From Myxococcales bacterium (GTDB taxonomy: Bacteria > Myxococcota_A > Polyangia > Haliangiales > Haliangiaceae): DNA of 64,000 bases. Below are positions 12,073-21,193 of the stretch, piece after piece. The first letter of the stretch is position 1. The number at the start of each line of letters is the position of its first letter. The notes under the pieces are model-generated. The model was not told the origin of the DNA. It was given only the letters and a program-made list of their open reading frames with translations, and ran no database searches. Made by a program: the position numbers and the translations under genes. The stretch is taken from assembly GCA_043753855.1 (NCBI GenBank), contig JAYUVX010000034.1, positions 58,860 through 122,859 on the forward strand, written 5' to 3'.

Positions 12073-12984
12073 ATGGATGGGCTGACGACGATGACCTATG
12101 CCGTCGAAGGACGGATCGCGCGCATCACGCTCGATCGCCCGGCGCGCGGTAATGGGCTCACGCTGCAAACGCCGCGCGAGCTTACCGCGTGCATCGAGGA
12201 GGCGAACCTCGATCCCGCGATCCACGTGATCGCGCTGGCGGGCAACGGCAAGGGGTTCTGCGGCGGCTATGACCTCGAGGCCGCCGCCGAGAAGGGGATG
12301 GCAGGTCAGCCGGTCGTCGGCCCGCGCGGCTCGCCGCTCGATCCGATGGTCCAGCGCGACAACCACGATCCCGCGGCCACCTGGGACCCGGTCATCGACT
12401 ACCAGATGATGAGTCGCAACGTGCGCGGGTTCATGAGCCTGTTCCACAGCGACAAGCCCGTGGTGTGCAAGGTCCACGGGTTCTGCGTTGCCGGTGGCAC
12501 CGACCTCGCGCTGTGCAGCGATCTGCTCGTGATCGAGGACACCGCGAAGATCGGCTATCCACCGGCGCGCGTATGGGGCGTGCCGACCACGGCGCTGTGG
12601 GTCCATCGCATCGGGCTCGAGAAGGCGAAGCGCCTGCTGTTCACCGGAGACTGTCTGTCGGGCACCGAGGCGGTCGCCTGGGGCCTCGCGATCGAGTGCG
12701 CGCCGCGCGCCGAGCTCGATGCGCGGTTCGAGGTGCTGCTCGGCCGGATCGCGCAGATGCCGGTCAACCAGCTGGTGATGATGAAGCTGATGCTGAACCA
12801 GAGCGTGTACGCGCAGGGGCTCGCCCAGAGCCAGCTGCTCGGCACCGTGTTCGATGGCATCGCGCGCCACACCCCGGAGGGCTTCGGGTTCGCGCGACGC
12901 GCCGCCGAGGCCGGCTTCCGCCAGGCCGTGCGCGACCGCGACGAGCCGTTCGGCGATCGAGGACCGTCGACCCACAAGGGATGA
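12073..12984 (+). CDS. Enoyl-CoA hydratase/isomerase (crotonase) family protein
   Basis: ITLDRPARGNGL..LAGNGKGFCGGYDL and HGFCVAGGTDLAL are crotonase oxyanion-hole motifs. Confidence 0.85.
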   Translation: MDGLTTMTYAVEGRIARITLDRPARGNGLTLQTPRELTACIEEANLDPAIHVIALAGNGKGFCGGYDLEAAAEKGMAGQPVVGPRGSPLDPMVQRDNHDPAATWDPVIDYQMMSRNVRGFMSLFHSDKPVVCKVHGFCVAGGTDLALCSDLLVIEDTAKIGYPPARVWGVPTTALWVHRIGLEKAKRLLFTGDCLSGTEAVAWGLAIECAPRAELDARFEVLLGRIAQMPVNQLVMMKLMLNQSVYAQGLAQSQLLGTVFDGIARHTPEGFGFARRAAEAGFRQAVRDRDEPFGDRGPSTHKG

Positions 12985-13736
12985 TCGACGCCGCGCGCAT
13001 CGCGATGGTCGGCGGCGCCGCGCTGGTCGCCGGGGCGGTCAATGCGATCGCCGGCGGCGGCAGCCTGATCACATTTCCGACCCTGGTCGCCGCGGGCCTG
13101 CCGCCGTTGATCGCGAGCGTCACGAATACGGTCGCGATGTGCCCGGGCTATCTGGGCGCCACGCTCGCGCAGCGCACGGATCTGGCAGGGCAGGGCCGGC
13201 GCGCGGCGATCCTGCTGCCGATCGGCGCGGCCGGCGGCATCGGCGGAGCGATGCTGCTGCTCCACACCAGCAGCCGGATGTTCGACGTGATCGTTCCATT
13301 CCTGATCCTGGTCGCCGCGATCCTCGTAGCTACCCAGGACCGGCTGCGCCGGCGGCTGCTGTCGCGGGTTCCGGCGCATCACGCGGAGGTCTTGGCGGTG
13401 ATCCCGATCAGCCTCGCCGCGGTCTACGGGGGCTACTTCGGCGCGGGCATGGGCGTGATGGTGCTCGCCGCGCTCGGCGTGGTTCTCGATGATTCGCTGG
13501 TCCGGATCAACGCGCTCAAGCAGACGGTGTCGCTCGCGGTCAACGTGGCGGCGGCGCTCGTATTCCTGATCTGGGGCCCGATCGACTGGGCGCTCACGCT
13601 GGTGATGGCGGGAGCGGCACTGGCCGGCGGCGCACTCGGCGGTGTGCTCGCCACCCGGATCCCCCCGGCGGCGCTGCGCTGGACGATCGTGGTCATCGGG
13701 CTCGGAGTCTCGGCCCGGTACTTCGCCAAGCTGTGA
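12981..13736 (+). CDS. TauE/SafE family anion exporter (membrane)
   Basis: MIDAARIAMVGGAALVAGAVNAIAGGGSLITFP.. with 7-8 TM helices. The ATG overlaps the crotonase stop (ATGA). Confidence 0.8.
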   Translation: MIDAARIAMVGGAALVAGAVNAIAGGGSLITFPTLVAAGLPPLIASVTNTVAMCPGYLGATLAQRTDLAGQGRRAAILLPIGAAGGIGGAMLLLHTSSRMFDVIVPFLILVAAILVATQDRLRRRLLSRVPAHHAEVLAVIPISLAAVYGGYFGAGMGVMVLAALGVVLDDSLVRINALKQTVSLAVNVAAALVFLIWGPIDWALTLVMAGAALAGGALGGVLATRIPPAALRWTIVVIGLGVSARYFAKL

Positions 13737-14272
13737 CCCGGGTGATAGCTTTGTCGGCGATGTCGTTCGTCGCGATCGCCCTGGTCATTGCAGCCGCGTG
13801 GTGGCTGATCTCGAAGCTGCGGGTCACGCGGCCATCGATGGCGATGATGACCACGCGGATCGCGTTCCCCGATGGCGGGGTGCGGCTGACCGACGTCGAT
13901 ACCGCGCTCGCGAAGCTCTCGAATCCGGAGGAGATCGTGGTTCCGTTCGAGCACGCCGTGCTGGTGATCACGTATCCGCTGTCGACCCCGGCCTCGATCG
14001 CGATCGATGCCTCGTTCCCGATCGGGTTCACCCGGGCCGAGCTGGTCAAGACCGTGTGCGAGGAGTACGCGAACGTCTACGAGGCCGAGGAGGCCACGGC
14101 GATGACCAAGACGGTCCCTCCCGAGGAGCGCACGGCCCTGAAGAGCCGCAACCGGACCGACGGCGTCTACGGGATCTGGGGCTACGACCTCGACACCCTG
14201 GTGATGCGGGCGGCCCACTGGAGCCGCAGCTCCGACGGGACGATCACGATCGACCTACACATCGACAGCTGA
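13733..14272 (+). CDS. Hypothetical membrane-anchored protein
   Basis: GTGA start/stop overlap with the upstream gene. One N-terminal TM helix. High GC3. No family recognised. Confidence 0.5.
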   Translation: MTRVIALSAMSFVAIALVIAAAWWLISKLRVTRPSMAMMTTRIAFPDGGVRLTDVDTALAKLSNPEEIVVPFEHAVLVITYPLSTPASIAIDASFPIGFTRAELVKTVCEEYANVYEAEEATAMTKTVPPEERTALKSRNRTDGVYGIWGYDLDTLVMRAAHWSRSSDGTITIDLHIDS

Positions 14273-14434
14273 GAGCTCGGCCTCAGATTCTTGAGTCGGC
14301 CGGTCGCGTAAATCAAGGCAATCTCGGGGCGGTCCCGCGGAAGTGACTGTCTTCTCGGGCCGCTGTTCGGGCACGCTGGCTGCAGGGGTGCCGGTTCTTC
14401 GGATCAGCGCTGTTTGCCCTGTTGGAGGTGACTC

Positions 14435-16384
14435 GTGTCGATGAAAACGCTCCTGCCACTGGTTCTGGTTTGTGGATGTAGTGAGCACGGTCAGACGCCC
14501 GAGCCGTTTGGCGTCCCGATCACTGGCGGCACCATGATGGTGACCCGCGATGGCTCTCGCGCCGTGGTCTCCGATCCAGATCGCGATCGGATCGTCCAGG
14601 TCGATCTCGCCAAGGCGACGATCCTCTCCGACACCCCACTCGATCCCGGCGATGAGCCGGGCCGCCTCGTCGAGGACGCCGCGGGTCGCGTTCACGTGGC
14701 GCTTCGCCATGGCGGCGCCCTGCTGACGCTCGATGCCGCGGGTGCGATCAGCTTTCGCCGTGCTGCATGCGCCGAGCCTCGCGGCCTCGCCTACGACGCC
14801 GTCACCGACGTCGTTCACGTCGCCTGCGCGGGCGGCGAGCTCGTCACGTTCCCCGCCGCGGGCGGGGCTGCGGTCCGCGCGCTGCGCCTCGAGCGCGATC
14901 TGCGCGACGTGATCGTGAAGGGCAACCAGCTGCTCGTGACGCGGTTCCGCACCGCGGAGATCCTCACCCTCGATCAGACCGGCGCGGTGACCAACCGCGC
15001 CGTGCCGCCCACGGTTCCCCGGCACGACTTCGGTGGCCCGCTCGCCAGCGGGGGCGGCGGCGGCCTCGGCTCGGGCGAGGCACCCCCTCCGCTCGGTGGT
15101 GGCGGTCAGTTCAACGCACCGGCCTCCACCGCGTGGCGCACGATCGCGCTCGCCGATGGACGGCTCGTGATGTCTCACCAGCGCCGCGTGAAGAGCATGC
15201 TCGACAGCGACCAGCCGGGCGGCTACGGCGGTAACTGCGGCGGCGGCCCCGTCGAGGACGCGGTCAGCGTGGTCGGCGCCGATGGGATCCCCCGGGCCAC
15301 GGCACGGATCGGCCGCGGGGCGCTGCCCGTCGATATCGCGGCGTCGCGCAGCGGCGACAAGATCGCGGTGGTGACCGCTGGTAGCCGGATGGTCACCGTG
15401 GTCCCGACGATCGCGCTCGATGCACCCGACGAGGATCGCTGCGATCCGCCCGACCCGCAGCCGTGCGACGGCAGCGGCAGCGGCAGCGGCACGACCACGA
15501 ATCCGGTTCCGCCGAGCGGGATGGGCGGCGGGGGAGCCGATCCGAAGATGGGCGGCTGCTGCGAGGACAAGGACCGCGACGGTCGGTGCGATGACGACGG
15601 CGGTGATGACGAGGACATGGGCAGCAGCCACCGCCTCGGGCCGCCGACCTCGCTCGGCTGGACGCCGGGTGGGGACCTCGTGATCTTCTATCCCGAAGCT
15701 CCGGCGCTGATCGTGCGTGCCGCGGGCGGCGCGGTGTCTCACCGGATCAACCTTCCGGGCTCGGCCTACAATGATCCGGGTCGCAACGTGTTCCATCAGC
15801 AGACCCGCATCGGTCTCGCCTGCGCCTCGTGTCACCCCGAAGGCCGGGATGACGGCGTGGTGTGGGACTTCGCCCGGGACGGCAAGCGCCGCACCCAGAG
15901 CCTCGCGGGCTCGATCCTCCAGCGCGCGCCTTATCACTGGACGGGCGACGAGAACACGCTGCCCGTGCTGCTCGACGATGTGTTCGCGAAGCGGATGTCG
16001 GGCGGGGTGCTCACCACCGCCCAGAAGGCCGCGCTCGGTCCGTGGCTCGAGCGTGTGCCGGCGCCCGCGCCGGGCTCCGGTGATCCCGCCGCGATTGCTC
16101 GAGGCAACGCGATCTTCGAGACGCCCAGCGTTGGATGCGTGTCGTGCCACAACGGCAAGCTGATGACGAACAACCAGCGGTTCAACGTCGGCACCGGTGG
16201 CTTGTTCAAGGTGCCGAGCCTGCTCGGCGTGGGGGCACGCGCTCCGTTCCTGCACGACGGTTGTGCGGCGACCCTGATGGATCGGTTCGCCACCTGCGCT
16301 GGTGCACCCGGCGTTCATGGCGACACGTCGAAGCTCACGACGGCGCAGCTGAACGATCTCGTCCAGTATCTCGACTCGCTCTGA
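14435..16384 (+). CDS. Lipoprotein: beta-propeller-like N-domain fused to a di-haem cytochrome c peroxidase-like C-domain
   Basis: Lipobox LVLVCGCS. Acidic Cys-rich linker (DPQPCDGSGSGSG..CCEDKDRDGRCDDDGGDDED). CASCH and CVSCH haem motifs, plus FKVPSLLGVGARAPFLHDG (CCP block). Confidence 0.75.
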   Translation: MSMKTLLPLVLVCGCSEHGQTPEPFGVPITGGTMMVTRDGSRAVVSDPDRDRIVQVDLAKATILSDTPLDPGDEPGRLVEDAAGRVHVALRHGGALLTLDAAGAISFRRAACAEPRGLAYDAVTDVVHVACAGGELVTFPAAGGAAVRALRLERDLRDVIVKGNQLLVTRFRTAEILTLDQTGAVTNRAVPPTVPRHDFGGPLASGGGGGLGSGEAPPPLGGGGQFNAPASTAWRTIALADGRLVMSHQRRVKSMLDSDQPGGYGGNCGGGPVEDAVSVVGADGIPRATARIGRGALPVDIAASRSGDKIAVVTAGSRMVTVVPTIALDAPDEDRCDPPDPQPCDGSGSGSGTTTNPVPPSGMGGGGADPKMGGCCEDKDRDGRCDDDGGDDEDMGSSHRLGPPTSLGWTPGGDLVIFYPEAPALIVRAAGGAVSHRINLPGSAYNDPGRNVFHQQTRIGLACASCHPEGRDDGVVWDFARDGKRRTQSLAGSILQRAPYHWTGDENTLPVLLDDVFAKRMSGGVLTTAQKAALGPWLERVPAPAPGSGDPAAIARGNAIFETPSVGCVSCHNGKLMTNNQRFNVGTGGLFKVPSLLGVGARAPFLHDGCAATLMDRFATCAGAPGVHGDTSKLTTAQLNDLVQYLDSL

Positions 16385-16390
16385 TCCGAG

Positions 16391-16693
16391 ATGGTAGGGG
16401 TGATGGGCGTGCACAGGTTGCTCTTCATCGGGCTCGTGGTGCTGGCGTCCGCGTGCGAGACCACACCCGAGGAGCGCGTCACCACCGCGTGCACGCTGCG
16501 CTGCGGATGCACGCAGCCGGCGCTGCCGGCGCTGCAGGATCGCTGCATCGCGAAGTGCACGAGCGATCAGAGCCTCACGAATGCGTGCATCGCGTGCATC
16601 TCGGCGAACAGCGACCGCTGCGCGACGCTCGAGAAGGTCTGCGCGCCGAGCTGCAGCCAGGCGCCACCGACGGGACAGGACGGGGCTCTATGA
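16391..16693 (+). CDS. Small Cys-rich lipoprotein
   Basis: Signal plus lipobox (LVVLASAC). 12 Cys in about 80 mature residues. Lies 7 nt after the upstream stop, and its own stop overlaps the next start. Confidence 0.55.
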   Translation: MVGVMGVHRLLFIGLVVLASACETTPEERVTTACTLRCGCTQPALPALQDRCIAKCTSDQSLTNACIACISANSDRCATLEKVCAPSCSQAPPTGQDGAL

Positions 16694-17448
16694 CGGCTAT
16701 GACGACCATCAGGACATTGATCGCGGCAGCGTGTGTGCTCGCCGGTGGAACCGCGCTCGCGCAGCCGGGCTCGGGAACCGAACCGTCGGTCGAGACCCCC
16801 TCGCCGCCGCCGCCACAGCCACCGCCGTCACAGCCACCGTCGCCACCGCCGCCACCGGAGCCCTTGCACGTGCGCGCGCTGCGGCCCGCCGTGGTCGAGG
16901 TCGCCGAGCCTGCGCCGGATCGCCCGACCGAGTTTTCGATCGGTGTCGGCGTGGGTTATCGGTTTCCGACCTCGCTGCAGACGCCGAACGTCTCCAGTGT
17001 TCGGTTCCGGCTCCCCAGTGGCTTCACGTTCGAGCCAACGCTGGTGTTCGCGACCAGCTCGCACGCGGTCGACAGCGGCACGGCGGCCACCCAGACCGCC
17101 ACCGAGCTCGGCATCGGTGCGCTGCTCCGATTCCCTCTCGTGCGCCACCGGCGCACGGAGCTCCAGCTCCTGGCGGCCGTGGATCTCGACAACCTCAGTC
17201 AGGATCCGAACGACCAGAACACCGATGACGTCACGAGCATCACGACCACGACGCTGCGTTACGGCGTGGCGGTCGGCGCGTGGATCACGCCGCACCTCGA
17301 GGCCAGCCTGTCGGCGACCAGCGGCCTCGTCGGCTACACCAAGAACCGGCAGGAGCAGGGCATCGGTTCGGTGTTGATCACCAGCGACACCACGATCGGC
17401 TTGATCTTCAATCCGACGGTCACGCTGATGATCCATCTCTACAACTGA
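16690..17448 (+). CDS. Outer-membrane beta-barrel protein with Pro-rich N-terminal spacer
   Basis: Signal peptide ..GGTALA/QPG, then PSPPPPQPPPSQPPSPPPPPEP, then alternating beta-strand pattern ending ..TLMIHLYN. ATGA overlap with the previous gene. Confidence 0.65.
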   Translation: MTAMTTIRTLIAAACVLAGGTALAQPGSGTEPSVETPSPPPPQPPPSQPPSPPPPPEPLHVRALRPAVVEVAEPAPDRPTEFSIGVGVGYRFPTSLQTPNVSSVRFRLPSGFTFEPTLVFATSSHAVDSGTAATQTATELGIGALLRFPLVRHRRTELQLLAAVDLDNLSQDPNDQNTDDVTSITTTTLRYGVAVGAWITPHLEASLSATSGLVGYTKNRQEQGIGSVLITSDTTIGLIFNPTVTLMIHLYN

Positions 17449-17471
17449 GACGGTTGCTGCGCGCGCCGATC

Positions 17472-17512
17472 GTCCTGCAGAGCTCGCAGGTCGTCCCTGC
17501 GGAGCTCGCAGG
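17472..17512 (+). terminator. Two tandem short hairpins (CCTGC-N7-GCAGG twice) downstream of the OMP gene
   Basis: Read directly: cctgcAGAGCTCgcagg at 17474-17490 and cctgcGGAGCTCgcagg at 17496-17512. No T-tract, so function is uncertain. Confidence 0.3.
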
Positions 17513-17742
17513 CGTTCCAATCAGGTTGGACGCCAGATCGGCGGCCTGCACGTCGACAGTCCATCGCACGGCGGTTCATCATGTCGCCAAGAACCGTGCA
17601 GCGGAATCCGAAATTCCCGTCGATTTTATCCGGAGCGATTCTCAGCGGTTACGCAGCCGAAATGAGGGGATCCATCAGGGGAGGCTGACCTCAAGCCGGG
17701 TCTACGCCAATCACAACCAAGGTCGGAGGCGAGATTGCGCGC

Positions 17743-17832
17743 GATGTTTGCGGGTTTGAGATCGCGGTGGACGAGCCCCGCCTCGTGCACGCGCAACAGC
17801 GCGCTCATCACCTGCGCGATGACGTGCGCTTC
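17743..17832 (-). pseudogene. Isolated remnant of a Ser/Thr protein kinase catalytic loop
   Basis: EAHVIAQVMSALLRVHEAGLVHRDLKPANI (Hanks subdomains VIa-VIb). No ATP-binding lobe upstream and no DFG/APE downstream in this frame. Confidence 0.55.
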
Positions 17833-17840
17833 GGCGCGGG

Positions 17841-18683
17841 CTACTTCTCGCGGTGCTGCAGCAGATCGATGCGGCGATCGATCTTCGCGGCGAGCGCGGG
17901 AAGTGGACTCATGCTGCGCGCCTTCTGACACGCGGCGATCGCGGTGTCCCACTGCTCCTGCACGCCGAACACGATGCAGATGCTGAACTGGTACTTCGCA
18001 TCGGGCACGATGCTGTTCGCCTTCTCGAACGCGGCGAGCGCGCCGGCGTAGTCGGCGGCGTACAGCTTCTCCTTGCCCTGGTCGTTGCTGGTCTCGGCCT
18101 CGACGCGGCGGGACTCATCCGGCGGCGGCATTGCTGCGCTGCCATCGCCCGGCGGCGGTCTGGTGGTGGGCCCCGGGTCGACGATCTTCGCGATCCGCGG
18201 CCCCGTGCAGCCCGACTTCGCGAACATCTCCGCGATCGACTTCGCCACCGCGCCGGTCGCTTCGTTCTCTGGCGGTGCGTTGTTGATGATGACGCCCGAG
18301 GACGTTCCGTGAATCTTCGCCGCACCGAGCAGCTGACCATCCTGGCCGTCCGTGAGGACTAGCAGCGTGTCCACGTACGCGGTGCTCCCGCTCGACACCC
18401 ATCCGCCGCCGCCCTTGCCGGCGCTGGTGATGTTGAGATCGAGCACCACGTCCGCGGCTCCGCCGCCGGCGTCCACGTGCTCGAAGCCGCACTTCTTTCG
18501 CAGCGCGTCGAGCGTCTGCTGCTCGAGGAACATCGCCTGGCCCTGCGCGGCGAACGCGGATGAATGCACCCGCAGCGCCACCGTGCGATACGAGTTGAGG
18601 CTCGCCACCGGCATCGTCTTCTCGACCGTCGCGGACGGATGGCAGCCAGCGAGCAGGATCAGCAGCCAGGCAGATGGACGCAC
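17841..18683 (-). CDS. Lipoprotein with C-terminal TPR-like helical repeat
   Basis: Lipobox LLILLAGC. C-terminus KLYAADYAGALAAFEKA..WDTAIAACQKA is TPR-like. 280 aa. Confidence 0.65.
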   Translation of the reverse strand: MRPSAWLLILLAGCHPSATVEKTMPVASLNSYRTVALRVHSSAFAAQGQAMFLEQQTLDALRKKCGFEHVDAGGGAADVVLDLNITSAGKGGGGWVSSGSTAYVDTLLVLTDGQDGQLLGAAKIHGTSSGVIINNAPPENEATGAVAKSIAEMFAKSGCTGPRIAKIVDPGPTTRPPPGDGSAAMPPPDESRRVEAETSNDQGKEKLYAADYAGALAAFEKANSIVPDAKYQFSICIVFGVQEQWDTAIAACQKARSMSPLPALAAKIDRRIDLLQHREK

Positions 18684-18715
18684 GCGGGGAGCATATCAGC
18701 GTATGGTCCGCCGCC

Positions 18716-19441
18716 GTGAACCGCATCGCTCCCCTCGGCAGCCGCCTCAAGATCAAGACCTCGGGCCTGACGGCGCGGCTGGCACCGCTGGCCATCGAGT
18801 GCGCCGAGGACCTCGTCCTCACGATCCCGCACACGTTCGACTCGATCTCGGCGACCACCCACACGTCGCGCGACAAGGCCCTCTCGATCTGCGGCGACTG
18901 GCTCGACGCGCTCCCCGGTGATCGGCTCGAGCTGGAGCTTGATGCCAGCACGGTGACCGCGCGCTCCGACGAGGCCGCGCTACCGCCGGGCAGCCCCGAT
19001 CTCGTGCGTGCTCTCGGTGGCGAGCTCGCGGCGCTCGGCTGGGATGGCGTGGTGTGGACCTACGTGACGGAGCACACCAACACGACGGACGCCGAATGCC
19101 AGGCGACCACCGCGCGCATCGACCACGTGGCGCAGGCACTCGGTGTGACCGCTGCGCAGCGCGAGATCGGAGCGGATCTTCACGCCTCGCTGGCACGCTC
19201 GATGCCGAGCCGGGCCTGGCTCCGATCGCGCGGAGATTCCGTCGAGCCGGTCGTCGGCCTCGCGTGGGATCGCGTCGAGTGGCGCCCGATCCAGAGCATG
19301 CTCGGTGGCTTCTATCCGGCGCTCGATGGCGTGGAGCAGGTCGGCAAGCTCGCCCGGGCGTGCGAGGCGCAGTACGCCACCGTCGAGCTGATCCTCGGAA
19401 CCGGCACTGCTCCCGCGATGCGCGTCTCCGTCCGCCTCTGA
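18716..19441 (+). CDS. Hypothetical protein
   Basis: High-GC3 ORF 18674..19441. ATG 18674 overlaps the divergent lipoprotein start, so the in-frame GTG at 18716 is preferred. No family recognised. Confidence 0.45.
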   Translation: MNRIAPLGSRLKIKTSGLTARLAPLAIECAEDLVLTIPHTFDSISATTHTSRDKALSICGDWLDALPGDRLELELDASTVTARSDEAALPPGSPDLVRALGGELAALGWDGVVWTYVTEHTNTTDAECQATTARIDHVAQALGVTAAQREIGADLHASLARSMPSRAWLRSRGDSVEPVVGLAWDRVEWRPIQSMLGGFYPALDGVEQVGKLARACEAQYATVELILGTGTAPAMRVSVRL

Positions 19442-19462
19442 CGCGGCGATTCGATATCCTGG

Positions 19463-20312
19463 TTGCCAATGGCAACCGCAAACAGGCGCCCCGCAAGGTC
19501 CAAGAACAAGAAGGCGCCGAACAAGAAGCGGTCCGCGCCGAACAAGAAGCCGGCCGCGCCGAACAAGAAGCAGGCCACAGCGAAGAAGCAAAGGACGGCG
19601 CTGAACAACCAGCAGGCCGAGTTCCAGCAGCAGACCGCGTCGAACCAGCAGCAGGCCGCGCCGAACAAGAGGAACGCTGCGGTGAAGTAGCAGACCACGT
19701 CGAGCAAGCAGCAGGCCGCGCCGAACAACAAGAACGCCGCGCCGAAGCAGGCCGCGCCAAACAAGCCCGCGCCGGCGAAGTCAGCTGCAGCGCGCACCGC
19801 GAAGCTGGCGCCGGCACCGTCGGTGCTCGACGACTGGCGCGAGACGCTGCGTGCGGAGGTGGCGGCGACCGGAGGTAGCTTCGGCGATTACCTGCGGGGC
19901 CTCGACGCCGTCGGCTGGGAGCACGCCGATACGCCGGAGCTCGCCGGCCTCGAGCGCTGGGGCATCGAGGTGACCAAGCGCGATCGACGCCGCTGCGTGG
20001 CTGGACTCACCCGATGCGGCACACCGCAACGCCGTGGCGGAGGGTAACGATCCGTCGCGGCAGCTGCAGGTGTGGGACGACGATCTGCGGCCGAGCGATG
20101 ACAGCGCACACTGGTGGTACCTCGACGTCGGTCAGTGCTGCGGCCACGCGATCACGCGGACCACGGGGGATCCGCGCAAGCACAGCTACTACGACTGGGA
20201 TCCCGAGGCGTGCGTCGGCCGCGGCCTGGTGCTGGCGGTGCGAGGCCTGCGTGCCAAGGGCGCGGACATCGATGCGATCCTCGACGACGTCCGCGCTGCG
20301 CTGGTGGCCTGA
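19463..20312 (+). pseudogene. Disrupted gene: Lys/Ala/Pro/Asn/Gln-repeat (histone-H1-like) N-terminus plus unknown C-domain, with an in-frame TAG and a frameshift
   Basis: ORFs 19463..19690 and 19823..20047 share one frame, separated by TAG 19688-19690, and the repeat continues after the stop. Coding signal moves to the frame of ORF 20034..20312 near 19975. Confidence 0.6.
19496..19780 (+). repeat. Degenerate 18-nt (6-aa, xAAPNKK-like) tandem repeats, including a longer roughly 60-nt duplication
   Basis: gcgccgaacaagaag recurs at least 6 times. ..cagcagaccgcgtcgaaccagcagcaggccgcgccgaacaag.. is duplicated as ..tagcagaccacgtcgagcaagcagcaggccgcgccgaacaac.. Confidence 0.85.
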
Positions 20313-20321
20313 GCAACGCGG

Positions 20322-21164
20322 CTACTTCAGGATCTCGATCTTCGTCAGTGCGCGCAGATCACCGCTCGGCGTCCAGCCATCGCCTTGCTGCTTGAACACC
20401 CGGAACCGCAGCGAGCCCTGACGGTTGAGCTTCACGAACGGGACGGTCTTGTCGTCGATCTCGCTGCGGTCCATCGTGAGCGTCAGGCCGGCAGCATCGG
20501 TCAGCAGGATCTTCTCGAACGTCTTGATGCCCGCGTGATCGAGGAGGGTCAGCAGCTTCCAGCCCTTCGCATCGCCGCCTCCGCCCGGCATGCTCTCGCG
20601 CGGCATCGCGAGCAGCTGGTCGCCGGTGAGCACCTGCTCGCCCTTGGCGGTCTTGATCGTCAGCTCGAGCTTCGTCGGATCCTGCGCGCTGCCGCCGCCG
20701 TGATCGTTCTCGCCGCGGCCGGAGTCGCCCGCGAGCTTGACGCGGAGCTCGAGCACGCCGTCCTCCTGGAGCGCGGGCTTGCCCTTCTTGCCGAGCTCGA
20801 CGGGATCGAACATGCCGAACGAGATCGTGCCGTTCGCGCCGGGGAACAGCACCGGCACGTAATCGCGATAGGTCTCGAACGGCTTGTTGAGCTCGGAGAC
20901 CTTCGGCTTCGTCCCCTTGATGTAGATCGCCTGCCACTTGCCGAGCCGGCGCGCGGCCTCGGGCACCAGCGAGTCGACGCGCGGCCAGCTCGCGACCTGC
21001 GCGGGCTGGACCGTGGCCACATCGACATCGTCGACGAACAGGTGCGTGGTCGTGGCGGCGGGCGGTGGCTGCGCGCTGCCGCCACTGCCCGCGGATGGCG
21101 GCTCGGTGCTCTTACTCCCGCAGCCGAGCATCATAGCAATGACCAGTGACAACCCTGTGCGCAT
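20322..21164 (-). CDS. Hypothetical lipoprotein
   Basis: MRTGLSLVIAMMLGCGS lipobox. The remaining 5' part of ORF 20322..21800 overlaps the MFS gene in another frame. No family recognised. Confidence 0.6.
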   Translation of the reverse strand: MRTGLSLVIAMMLGCGSKSTEPPSAGSGGSAQPPPAATTTHLFVDDVDVATVQPAQVASWPRVDSLVPEAARRLGKWQAIYIKGTKPKVSELNKPFETYRDYVPVLFPGANGTISFGMFDPVELGKKGKPALQEDGVLELRVKLAGDSGRGENDHGGGSAQDPTKLELTIKTAKGEQVLTGDQLLAMPRESMPGGGGDAKGWKLLTLLDHAGIKTFEKILLTDAAGLTLTMDRSEIDDKTVPFVKLNRQGSLRFRVFKQQGDGWTPSGDLRALTKIEILK

Positions 21165-21193
21165 CGGCAGAGAGCGTAGCACGCAGCCATTGA

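Noticed and set aside
19312-19797. Stop-free antisense ORF across the repeat region (FGAACFGAAFLLFGAACC...).
   Set aside because: Its third codon positions are T-rich (CTT CTT GTT ...), whereas the plus-strand frame has the G/C-rich third positions typical of this genome. It is an artefact of the repeat.
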